DNA of 64,000 nucleotides from NCBI GenBank assembly GCA_045605805.1, contig JAZUQR010000010.1, forward strand, positions 1 through 64,000, written 5' to 3'. This stretch comes from Alphaproteobacteria bacterium. Lineage in GTDB: Bacteria > Pseudomonadota > Alphaproteobacteria > CAAHEQ01 > UBA3637. The first letter of the stretch is position 1; each line of letters begins with the position of its first letter. The position numbers and the translations under genes are program-made. This document shows positions 7,929 through 15,879 of this stretch, one piece after another. The notes below the pieces were generated by a model that saw only the letters and a list, made by a program, of their open reading frames with translations, was not told the DNA's origin and did no database searches.

Positions 7929-9356
7929 ATGAAACAAACAACACAAGAGTCTGGCCGTTCTATGGTTGAAATGCTGGGCGTTTTGGCTGTGATTGGGGTG
8001 TTATCTGTGGGTGGCATTTCGGGCTATACGCTGGCCATGAACAAATATCGGGCCAATGAATTACTTGCCGCCACAAGCAAACAGGCAATTTTATTGGCCA
8101 CTCAATTAAACCGAGCTACTGTTGGCACTCTGCCCCTTGAGGCTTCTTTGTCAGACCATTTTACACAAGCAAGTGCTTTGAACAACGGTCAATTTGAACT
8201 TGGGTTGAAACAGATGGATCCGTCTGTTTGTGCGCAATTACAATCTGTGTTGGGTAAAGAACAGATATTTAGAGTAGATGAGGACTGTACAACAATTACC
8301 TTTAATCAAGATTTATCCCCCCTGTCTAACAATGGTTCAGGTGGTTCCGGCACAGGTTCGGGTGATGGCACCGGTACAGAACCGGAAACCCCGATTGATC
8401 CATGCGCTGATGTGACTTGTCCAGACAATGCCACCTGTCAAGAAGGGGAATGTGTTTGTAATGAGGGATACGAAGGCGAAAATTGTGACTTTCGTTGCCA
8501 GGGGGCCCAGTGTTGGTGGGACGATAATTGTACAGCCGAGAATAACGCTTACTGTGCCGAACAAAATACACGTTGTCAAACAGTTTATGCCCACCTTCAA
8601 ACGGACGAAGCGGCATGTGTAGCAACACTTCCTTCCCAAGACCAAGATGCTGGTCCCTTTGGTGGGGTTATGTACTCTTTTGGCCGATGTGTCTGTGTCT
8701 ATACATGTTTTCCGGCTGATACACTTATTCGGTTGGCCGATGGCACAACGAAGCGGGCCGATGAAATCACCTATGATGATGAACTGCTCGTGTGGGATTT
8801 TGACAACGGACGCTTTGCTTCGTCCAATCCTTTATGGATTAAAGTTGCCGAAACTGCACACCAATATAACTATTTAAGGTTCAGTGACGGTTCGGTGTTA
8901 AAAACCATCAATCAACACCGTATCTTTAACAAAGAAGCCGGCAAGTTCACCTATCCAATGTCTGATGAAACCCCCATTGGCACAACAACCTTTAATGCCA
9001 AGGGTGAATATGTGACTTTGGTGGAAAAGAAAGTGGTGGAAGAAGATGTGGTATTCTATAACATCATTACTGATTACCATATGAACTTGTTTGCCGATAA
9101 CATTCTTACTTCTTGCCGCTTGAACAATATCTATCCGATTCAAGACATGAAGTTTGTTAAAGATAATCGGGCGTTGGTGTCTTATGATGTTTATGCCTCA
9201 TTAGACAAAAAATGGTATGACGGTTTGCGTTTGGCCGAACAACCATTGGATATCAATCGGGATAATGCCGATAATCATGGCGATAAATCTGTGATTGAAT
9301 ATGTCCAACGTTTGATTCGTATGGCTCAACCATATTCAAACAAACAAGTTGCCTAA
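7929..9356 (+). CDS. Type IV prepilin-like protein with EGF-like Cys-rich region and C-terminal Hint (Hedgehog/intein-like) domain
   Basis: MKQTTQESG|RSMVEMLGVLAVIG leader; Gly/Ser linker; CADVTCPDNATCQEGECVCNEGYEGENC EGF-like; Hint from CFPADTLIRLADG (aa 260) to FYNIITDYHMNLFADNILTSC (aa 396). Confidence 0.85.
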   Translation: MKQTTQESGRSMVEMLGVLAVIGVLSVGGISGYTLAMNKYRANELLAATSKQAILLATQLNRATVGTLPLEASLSDHFTQASALNNGQFELGLKQMDPSVCAQLQSVLGKEQIFRVDEDCTTITFNQDLSPLSNNGSGGSGTGSGDGTGTEPETPIDPCADVTCPDNATCQEGECVCNEGYEGENCDFRCQGAQCWWDDNCTAENNAYCAEQNTRCQTVYAHLQTDEAACVATLPSQDQDAGPFGGVMYSFGRCVCVYTCFPADTLIRLADGTTKRADEITYDDELLVWDFDNGRFASSNPLWIKVAETAHQYNYLRFSDGSVLKTINQHRIFNKEAGKFTYPMSDETPIGTTTFNAKGEYVTLVEKKVVEEDVVFYNIITDYHMNLFADNILTSCRLNNIYPIQDMKFVKDNRALVSYDVYASLDKKWYDGLRLAEQPLDINRDNADNHGDKSVIEYVQRLIRMAQPYSNKQVA

Positions 9357-9366
9357 ACGCACAGCA

Positions 9367-9397
9367 CTCCCCGACCCAAAAATCGGGGAGTTTTTTT
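9367..9397. terminator. Terminator between the Hint-pilin and rnr; 20-nt core identical to 1557-1576
   Basis: CTCCCCGA-CCCAAAAA-TCGGGGAG plus T tract. Confidence 0.8.
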
Positions 9398-11561
9398 ATT
9401 TTCTTTTCTTTTTTGGGGCTTTTTTCTTTGTGGATAAAGTTATTTTTTTTGTCAATGGCTTAAAGATTAAACTGCCCGTTTCCGGCACACATTCCATTAA
9501 AACAACTTTTATCATCTCACCAATCGCATACACTTTGCCAGACCCTCGCCCCATCAATTGTTGGTGTTCGTCATCATATTCATAATAATCGCCTGTCATC
9601 ATACGGAAAGGGATGAATCCGTCTGCGCCATATTCGTCTATGGCCACAAACAAGCCAAAGGCGGTGACGCTTGAAATGCGCCCCACAAACACTTCGCCTT
9701 CCCGACCAGCCAAATACGAGGCGGTATATCTGTCCACAGCATCCATTTCCGCAGCGGCCGATTGCCTCTCGGTGGCAGAAATATGCTCGGCCAAATCGTT
9801 AAAGTCTTTAATTTCTTCATTTGTTAAACCGCCCTCGCCTAATTTAAGGGCTTTTATCAACGCCCGATGAACCAGCACATCCGCATATCTGCGAATCGGT
9901 GAGGTAAAATGGGCATAATGCGTTAAAGCCAAACCAAAGTGGCCGATATTTTCGGGTGAATACACGGCCTGAGATTGGCTGCGCAGCACCATTTCATTGA
10001 TGGCATAATCTTGCTTTGTTCCTTCTGATTTGATTAAAATGGCGTTGAAATCTTTGGGACGTGCTTCTTGACTTACTAATTTATAATGAAGCCCTGTTAA
10101 AAAGGCATTTAAGCGTTGCAGTTTTTCTTCAGAAGGTCTGTCATGTACACGATACATGGCAGGTGTTTCGGCTTTTTCCAAGGTTTCTGCGGCCGCTACA
10201 TTTGCCAAAATCATCAACTCCTCAATCAACTTCATACTGTCCAATGAATCACGCAACCGGATGGCCGTCACTTTTCCTTGGCTGTTCAAAACCACTTGCC
10301 TTTCGGGGACATCCAATTCCAAAACACCCCTTTTCGCACGCTGTTTTGCCAGCACTTGATACACATTATGCAAAGTGGCAATTTCTTTTTCCAAGCCCGC
10401 TATCGGCCTTTTTCCGTCCAATGCGTCTTGCACTTCCGGATAGGTTAAACGACGGGTGGAACGAATGATGGCCCGTTTGAACTTATGCTTTGTTTTTTTC
10501 CCTTCTTTATTCAACCACACCTCACACACCATGGCGGCCCGTGGCTCGTTCGGATTAAGCGAACACACACCGTTGGATAATTCAAACGGCAACATGGGCA
10601 ACACTCGGTCGGGGAAATAAGTGCTGTTTCCACGCAGACGGGCATCTGTATCCAAGGCTGTATTGGAACGCACATACCATGCCACATCGGCTATGCCAAT
10701 CATTACATGGAAACCATCGGGTGTTTCTTGCGCCCAGACGGCATCATCAAAATCTTTGGCATCGGCCCCGTCTATGGTGACAAAGGGGATGTCTTTCAAA
10801 TCTTCGTGCGTTTGGCTGACCTGTGGCACAGTTAAATGTTGCACTTGCTTTTCGGTGGCTTCTGTGAAGGCAACCGGCAAACTGTGTTGATAAATTGCAA
10901 TCAATGTGGGGGCAAAACTTTCGTTAAAGTTGCCAATTTTGCTTATGAAAGTGGCTTTTGGATTATTTTGCCGAACCATCGGGATTTCGGCCAACACAAT
11001 GTCTTTGTTTTTCAACTTGACCGAGGGCGGAATCCGAATCAAATCAAAGCCTTTGGATAAACGCCTGTCCACCGAATAAATCGCCCCATCTTCATATATC
11101 CCAACCATACGGTTTTCGCCCGCTGTCACCCGCCTGAGTGTTGTGCCTTCATATTGATTATTGCCCAAGGGCTTCACCTGCATTTGAACCACATCCCCTA
11201 TCCCAACCGGTGGGTTTAACTTATCCGACACAATAATAATTTGGGGCATGGGCTTGTCCGAAGTCCATTCCAACGGCCGTGCCAACAATTCTCCCATTGA
11301 ATCAAAGCCAGTGACTTCCGTGACAACTCTTTCTGGCAACGCATCCGTTAGGGCAATTTTGCGACCGCCTGTCCCCCCTTGAATGGCGCTGGACTCTTTT
11401 AACTCTTTTAGGATTTTTTTCAAATGAATGCGGTCATTCCCTTTCACATTAAAGGCTTTGGCCACATCCCGCTTTGTGACAGGCTTGGATTGTTTTTGCA
11501 AATAGACCAGCACTTCATCCATAGAAAGCGGTGTGGAAGATTTTGTTTTTTTTGTTGCCAT
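9396..11561 (-). CDS. rnr: Ribonuclease R
   Basis: TIDGADAKDFDDA, HFTSPIRRYAD, C-terminal S1 domain and basic tail. Confidence 0.95.
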   Translation of the reverse strand: MATKKTKSSTPLSMDEVLVYLQKQSKPVTKRDVAKAFNVKGNDRIHLKKILKELKESSAIQGGTGGRKIALTDALPERVVTEVTGFDSMGELLARPLEWTSDKPMPQIIIVSDKLNPPVGIGDVVQMQVKPLGNNQYEGTTLRRVTAGENRMVGIYEDGAIYSVDRRLSKGFDLIRIPPSVKLKNKDIVLAEIPMVRQNNPKATFISKIGNFNESFAPTLIAIYQHSLPVAFTEATEKQVQHLTVPQVSQTHEDLKDIPFVTIDGADAKDFDDAVWAQETPDGFHVMIGIADVAWYVRSNTALDTDARLRGNSTYFPDRVLPMLPFELSNGVCSLNPNEPRAAMVCEVWLNKEGKKTKHKFKRAIIRSTRRLTYPEVQDALDGKRPIAGLEKEIATLHNVYQVLAKQRAKRGVLELDVPERQVVLNSQGKVTAIRLRDSLDSMKLIEELMILANVAAAETLEKAETPAMYRVHDRPSEEKLQRLNAFLTGLHYKLVSQEARPKDFNAILIKSEGTKQDYAINEMVLRSQSQAVYSPENIGHFGLALTHYAHFTSPIRRYADVLVHRALIKALKLGEGGLTNEEIKDFNDLAEHISATERQSAAAEMDAVDRYTASYLAGREGEVFVGRISSVTAFGLFVAIDEYGADGFIPFRMMTGDYYEYDDEHQQLMGRGSGKVYAIGEMIKVVLMECVPETGSLIFKPLTKKITLSTKKKAPKKKRK

Positions 11562-11580
11562 CGGCCTTTCCTTTGGTTAT

Positions 11581-12306
11581 TTATTTTGCCAACGCTGCGT
11601 TTTGTTTATCCATCAACTCGCCAATGCCTTTTTCAGCCAATGCCAACAAGGCAGCCAATTCGTCTTTTGAAAACGGTTCGCCTTCCGCTGAGCCTTGAAT
11701 TTCAATTAAACGGCCATCGGCTGTCATCACAAAGTTGGCGTCTGTCAAGGCTGTGGAATCTTCGGCATAATCCAAATCCAAAACAGGAACACCTTCCACA
11801 ATTCCACAAGAAACGGCCGCCAATTGCCCTATCAATGGGGATTCTGTTAAACGCCCCTCTTGTAAAGCCACATCCACCGCTTGTTTTAAGGCCACATAGG
11901 CGGCTGTAATACTGGCGGTGCGTGTGCCACCATCTGCTTGCAACACATCGCAATCAATTTTAATGGTTTTATTTGGCAGTTTTTGCAAATCAACAATGGC
12001 TCGCACAGAACGACCAATCAAGCGTTGAATCTCAATGGAACGAGAATCTTGTTTGCCTTTGACAGCATCTCTGTCTTTTCGTATATTACCCGCGTGGGGC
12101 AACATCCCATATTCAGCCGTCAACCATCCGCCTTTTTTTTGTTGTTGTTTCATCCATGCCGGCACTTTATCTTCAATCATTACCGTACATAACACATGGG
12201 TATCCCCCCAGCGAATCAAGCATGAACCTGAGGCATATTTATTGACTTTTGTTTGAATTTCAACAGGGCGCAATTCGTTATTTGCCCGTCCAGATGGTCT
12301 TGTCAT
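11581..12306 (-). CDS. rph: Ribonuclease PH
   Basis: MTRPSGR, GWLTAEYGMLP, EIQRLIGRS, DCDVLQADGGTRTASIT; start moved to the ATG with an AGGAG RBS. Confidence 0.96.
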   Translation of the reverse strand: MTRPSGRANNELRPVEIQTKVNKYASGSCLIRWGDTHVLCTVMIEDKVPAWMKQQQKKGGWLTAEYGMLPHAGNIRKDRDAVKGKQDSRSIEIQRLIGRSVRAIVDLQKLPNKTIKIDCDVLQADGGTRTASITAAYVALKQAVDVALQEGRLTESPLIGQLAAVSCGIVEGVPVLDLDYAEDSTALTDANFVMTADGRLIEIQGSAEGEPFSKDELAALLALAEKGIGELMDKQNAALAK

Positions 12307-12425
12307 ATTTTTCTCCTTTGTTTTTATTGTAAAGTTTATCATTTTTTATAAAAAAAGGCAAGGACTCTTGATTTTTTTGACTTCTTATCCTACATATATA
12401 GGTATACAAACAAGGAAGGTGTTTT

Positions 12426-12965
12426 ATGGACAAGAAAAAAGAACAAAAAAACAAAGAAAATGTCAAAGAAGTTGCCACTCAGGCTGATGATCAAGTATTG
12501 CATTTACAAGAAGAAGTTTTACATTGGAAAGATTTAGCTTTAAGAAATGCGGCCGAGGTGGAAAATATGCGCAAACGCTGTGCTTTGGATATGCAAAACA
12601 CCGCCCGCTATGCCAACAAAGATTTTGCTTTGGATATGTTGCCTGTGATGGACAACTTGGAACGGGCTTTGAAATCCGCTAAGGTAGAAATGGGCAAATC
12701 TGACAAGCCTTGCGAACCTTTCTTTGTGGGCCTTTTACAAGGGGTAGAGATGGTACATAAGCAATTGGAAGATGCTTTACAAAAAAACCATGTCAAAAAA
12801 ATGCAAGACTCCGGCCATGTTTTTGACCCCGAAAAACATCAAGTGATTCAACAGGTGGAAGATCCATCCAAACCCAATGGCACAATCGTTGAAGAACTTC
12901 AAACCGGTTATATGATTGGCGAAAACCGTGTGCTGCGTGAAGCTATGGTTGTGGTGACGAAATAG
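12426..12965 (+). CDS. grpE: Nucleotide exchange factor GrpE
   Basis: AEVENMRKR, LPVMDNLERAL, FDPEKHQ, QTGYMIGENRVLREAMVVV. Confidence 0.95.
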   Translation: MDKKKEQKNKENVKEVATQADDQVLHLQEEVLHWKDLALRNAAEVENMRKRCALDMQNTARYANKDFALDMLPVMDNLERALKSAKVEMGKSDKPCEPFFVGLLQGVEMVHKQLEDALQKNHVKKMQDSGHVFDPEKHQVIQQVEDPSKPNGTIVEELQTGYMIGENRVLREAMVVVTK

Positions 12966-13443
12966 GCGGTTCAAACGCTTCAATCAACGGATTAAACTCT
13001 TTCAGCACTTGGTGATAGAGTTGCTTTTTGAACGGAATGACAAGATAGGGTAATTTGTGGCGTTGCGCCCATCTGACCCCACAAAACTCAGGATGCTTTT
13101 CATGAGTGAACACAAAATCTTTCTTTTTCCCCTTGAAATACAGTAAAAACCATTTTTGTTTATTGCCATCTATGTTTGTGCGCATTTCCTGTGGCAATTC
13201 ATAAGTCAACCAATCTTTGGACTCGGCCAAAATATCTACCTTATCCGGTGTTAGGCCGATTTCTTCATACATTTCACGATATAGTGCCTGTTCAGGGGTT
13301 TCATTTTCTTCAATTCCCCCTTGGGGCATTTGAAAACGATAAGGCGAATCCTTTGGCCAACACCGTTTGCCCACGAAAACCCTTTTGCGTGCGTCTATCA
13401 TCATAAAACCAATGGAATATCTGTATATTAAGTTATCGGACAT
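12943..13443 (-). CDS. rppH: RNA pyrophosphohydrolase (Nudix)
   Basis: QMPQGGIEENETPEQALYREMYEEIG Nudix box, WLTYELP, QKWF, FKKQLY. Confidence 0.9.
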   Translation of the reverse strand: MSDNLIYRYSIGFMMIDARKRVFVGKRCWPKDSPYRFQMPQGGIEENETPEQALYREMYEEIGLTPDKVDILAESKDWLTYELPQEMRTNIDGNKQKWFLLYFKGKKKDFVFTHEKHPEFCGVRWAQRHKLPYLVIPFKKQLYHQVLKEFNPLIEAFEPPISSPQP

Positions 13444-14740
13444 CTGACTCCTTTTGTTCGGACAACACGGCCATCGCCTTTAAGATATCCATTGCACGAT
13501 CCAATTGATAGTCTTTCTTATCGTCTGATTGTGTGTCTTGTTCTGTTAAACTTTTTTCTGTTTGTTTCTTTTCAATATCTTTTGCTTTTTTGCCTTCTTC
13601 GGCCGATAATGCCCCATCAAAGTCACCTTCTGCCCAACCTGTGATGCGAGGCAATTCTTTTAATTCGGCACGAGGAATCTCTACATCCGGCGTAATACCT
13701 TTGGCTTGAATGGAATGGCCTGATGGCGTAAAATAGCGGGCTGTTGTGATTTTAATTGCCCCAAAACCGGCAATTTCACGCACTGTTTGAACCGAACCTT
13801 TACCAAACGATTTCAACCCCACAATGACGCCCCGTTTATGGTCTTGTAAGGCACCGGCCACAATTTCAGAAGCCGAGGCTGAGCCTTCATTGATCATCAC
13901 AACCAACGGCAAGCCTTTTGTTTTATCCGGTGTTTTGGCGGAAAAACGCAAAGTTTCTTCGGGTTTGCGAGAACGAGTGGATACAATTTCGCCTTGTGCC
14001 AAGAAGGTATCTGCCACGCCAACTGCCTGATCCAAAAGTCCACCTGGGTTGTTGCGGATATCCAACACATAGCCAATGAGATTATCGCCCAATTTATTTT
14101 GTAGTGACTCAATGGCTTTGTGCAATTCTTGTGTGGTTTTTTCGTTGAAGGTCAACACACGCAAATAACCGATATTACCTTTTGCTTCATATTTTACCGG
14201 TTCTACTTTAATAATATCACGCACCAAGGTTAAATCAAACGGTTCTTGGTTTTTACGAGATATTTTCACTTTTACTTTTGTTTTAGGTTGGCCACGCAAG
14301 CGTTTCACCGCTTCGTTCAACGACAAACCAATCACCGAAACATCATCAATATGGGTGATGTAATCGCCCGCTTGAATCCCAGCCTTAAAGGCCGGTGTAT
14401 CATCAATCGGAGACACCACACGCACCATGCCATTTTCAGATGATACTTCCATGCCAACGCCACCAAACTCCCCTTTGGTTTGGGTGTTCATTTCATCCAT
14501 TTCTTCCTTATTCAAAAAACCAGAATGCGGATCTTGCGCTGTTAGAACGCCATGAATGGCTTTTTCAACCATTGTTTTGTATGTCACCTCTTCCACATAA
14601 TCTTCTTTTATCAATTTTAATGATGACCCCAAAATATCCATCAGCACATAAACATTTTCATGTGCTGTTTCCGGCTTCGTTTCGGTTGCAGCCCACACCG
14701 GAAAGGCACTTATCATCAAAAACAAAACTATCTTTTTCAT
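13433..14740 (-). CDS. ctpA: Carboxy-terminal processing protease, S41 family (CtpA)
   Basis: DPHS, PDZ GEFGGVG, LDIRNNPGG, SASASEIVAGALQD, FGKGSVQ. Confidence 0.93.
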   Translation of the reverse strand: MKKIVLFLMISAFPVWAATETKPETAHENVYVLMDILGSSLKLIKEDYVEEVTYKTMVEKAIHGVLTAQDPHSGFLNKEEMDEMNTQTKGEFGGVGMEVSSENGMVRVVSPIDDTPAFKAGIQAGDYITHIDDVSVIGLSLNEAVKRLRGQPKTKVKVKISRKNQEPFDLTLVRDIIKVEPVKYEAKGNIGYLRVLTFNEKTTQELHKAIESLQNKLGDNLIGYVLDIRNNPGGLLDQAVGVADTFLAQGEIVSTRSRKPEETLRFSAKTPDKTKGLPLVVMINEGSASASEIVAGALQDHKRGVIVGLKSFGKGSVQTVREIAGFGAIKITTARYFTPSGHSIQAKGITPDVEIPRAELKELPRITGWAEGDFDGALSAEEGKKAKDIEKKQTEKSLTEQDTQSDDKKDYQLDRAMDILKAMAVLSEQKESDVR

Positions 14741-14755
14741 CTTTTCTCCTTAACC

Positions 14756-15874
14756 TTAGATAAACCATGGACGGGGGTTGATTGCCTGACCGTTTTGACG
14801 CACCTCTAAATATAGATTCGTATAGGTATTGCTCATATTGCCAATCGGCTCCCCCGTCAATAGTTGATGACCAACACTTGTATTGATTATATCCATTCCA
14901 GACAAAACCGTCAAGTAATTATCGCCATGATCAATAATAACCAATTTGCCATAGTTTTGAAATGGACCAGCAAACACCACCGTTCCATCAAACGGAGCCG
15001 TCACTTGCGCCTTTGGCCGTGTGGATATCACCATTCCTTTGGCGTGTGATTGGCTTGCGCCTGTGGTTTGCCCAAAGTTCTGGGTGATTTTACCCTGAGC
15101 CGGAAAACTTAAAGAGCCTCTGGCTTTTGCAAATGCCCCTGTTCCAAACTTTTTTTGTGATGCTTTTAATTGTTGTTCTTTTTGAATTTTAGCCAACAAT
15201 TCTTTTAATGACGAGGCTTCTTTGGCCAATTTTTCGGCTTTGGCTTTTGATTTTTCATACGAGGAAGCATATTGCGCCTGCAACACTTTCTTTTGTTGGG
15301 CCAATCGTTCCATTTGAATGTTTTTATCGGCCAGTTTGGCAGCTTCTGCTTTAATAGCAACGATTTTTTCCTGTAATTCTTCTTTCACCTGACTCAGCTT
15401 GGACAAATCATCCTGTGTTTGTTTTTGAATCCCCCCAACAATGGGAAAGCTGTATTTCATCAGGCGATGTGAACGCAGCATTTGAATGGGGGTTTTGGAT
15501 TGAAGCAACAAAATCTCGCTGGGACGCAATGCCAATGTTTGCATACTTTGCATTATCTTGGCCATTTGAAGAGAAGACAGAGACAATTTTTCGTTTAATT
15601 CTTGTTTTTGTGTTTCCAGTTCGTTTTTCTTTTGCTCTAACAAAGACAGTTGGTCTTCATGTTTGCGCACAGTTTGAGCCAAGGAAACCATTTCTTTTTG
15701 AACGCTTTTAACTTCTGCGGATAATTCCTTTGATTTTCGTTGATTTTCTTGTTCTTGTTGTTTTGCTTGTTTAATTTGCGCTTCAATTTTTGCCAAATCT
15801 TTTGCTGTGGGGGCAGCCAATACAGCTTCCCCCATCCCCAACAAGACGGCCAAAATTAAAGTTTTTATTTTCAA
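14756..15874 (-). CDS. envC: Murein hydrolase activator EnvC family (coiled coil + degenerate M23)
   Basis: Signal peptide, long coiled coil, LytM domain lacking HxH (LYLEVR); gpmI-envC-ctpA synteny. Confidence 0.85.
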   Translation of the reverse strand: MKIKTLILAVLLGMGEAVLAAPTAKDLAKIEAQIKQAKQQEQENQRKSKELSAEVKSVQKEMVSLAQTVRKHEDQLSLLEQKKNELETQKQELNEKLSLSSLQMAKIMQSMQTLALRPSEILLLQSKTPIQMLRSHRLMKYSFPIVGGIQKQTQDDLSKLSQVKEELQEKIVAIKAEAAKLADKNIQMERLAQQKKVLQAQYASSYEKSKAKAEKLAKEASSLKELLAKIQKEQQLKASQKKFGTGAFAKARGSLSFPAQGKITQNFGQTTGASQSHAKGMVISTRPKAQVTAPFDGTVVFAGPFQNYGKLVIIDHGDNYLTVLSGMDIINTSVGHQLLTGEPIGNMSNTYTNLYLEVRQNGQAINPRPWFI

Positions 15875-15879
15875 TTTTT

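Noticed and set aside
8706-9116. Canonical splicing intein
   Set aside because: No C-terminal His-Asn, no endonuclease, and the host is not a conserved enzyme; treated as a Hedgehog/BIL-type Hint instead.
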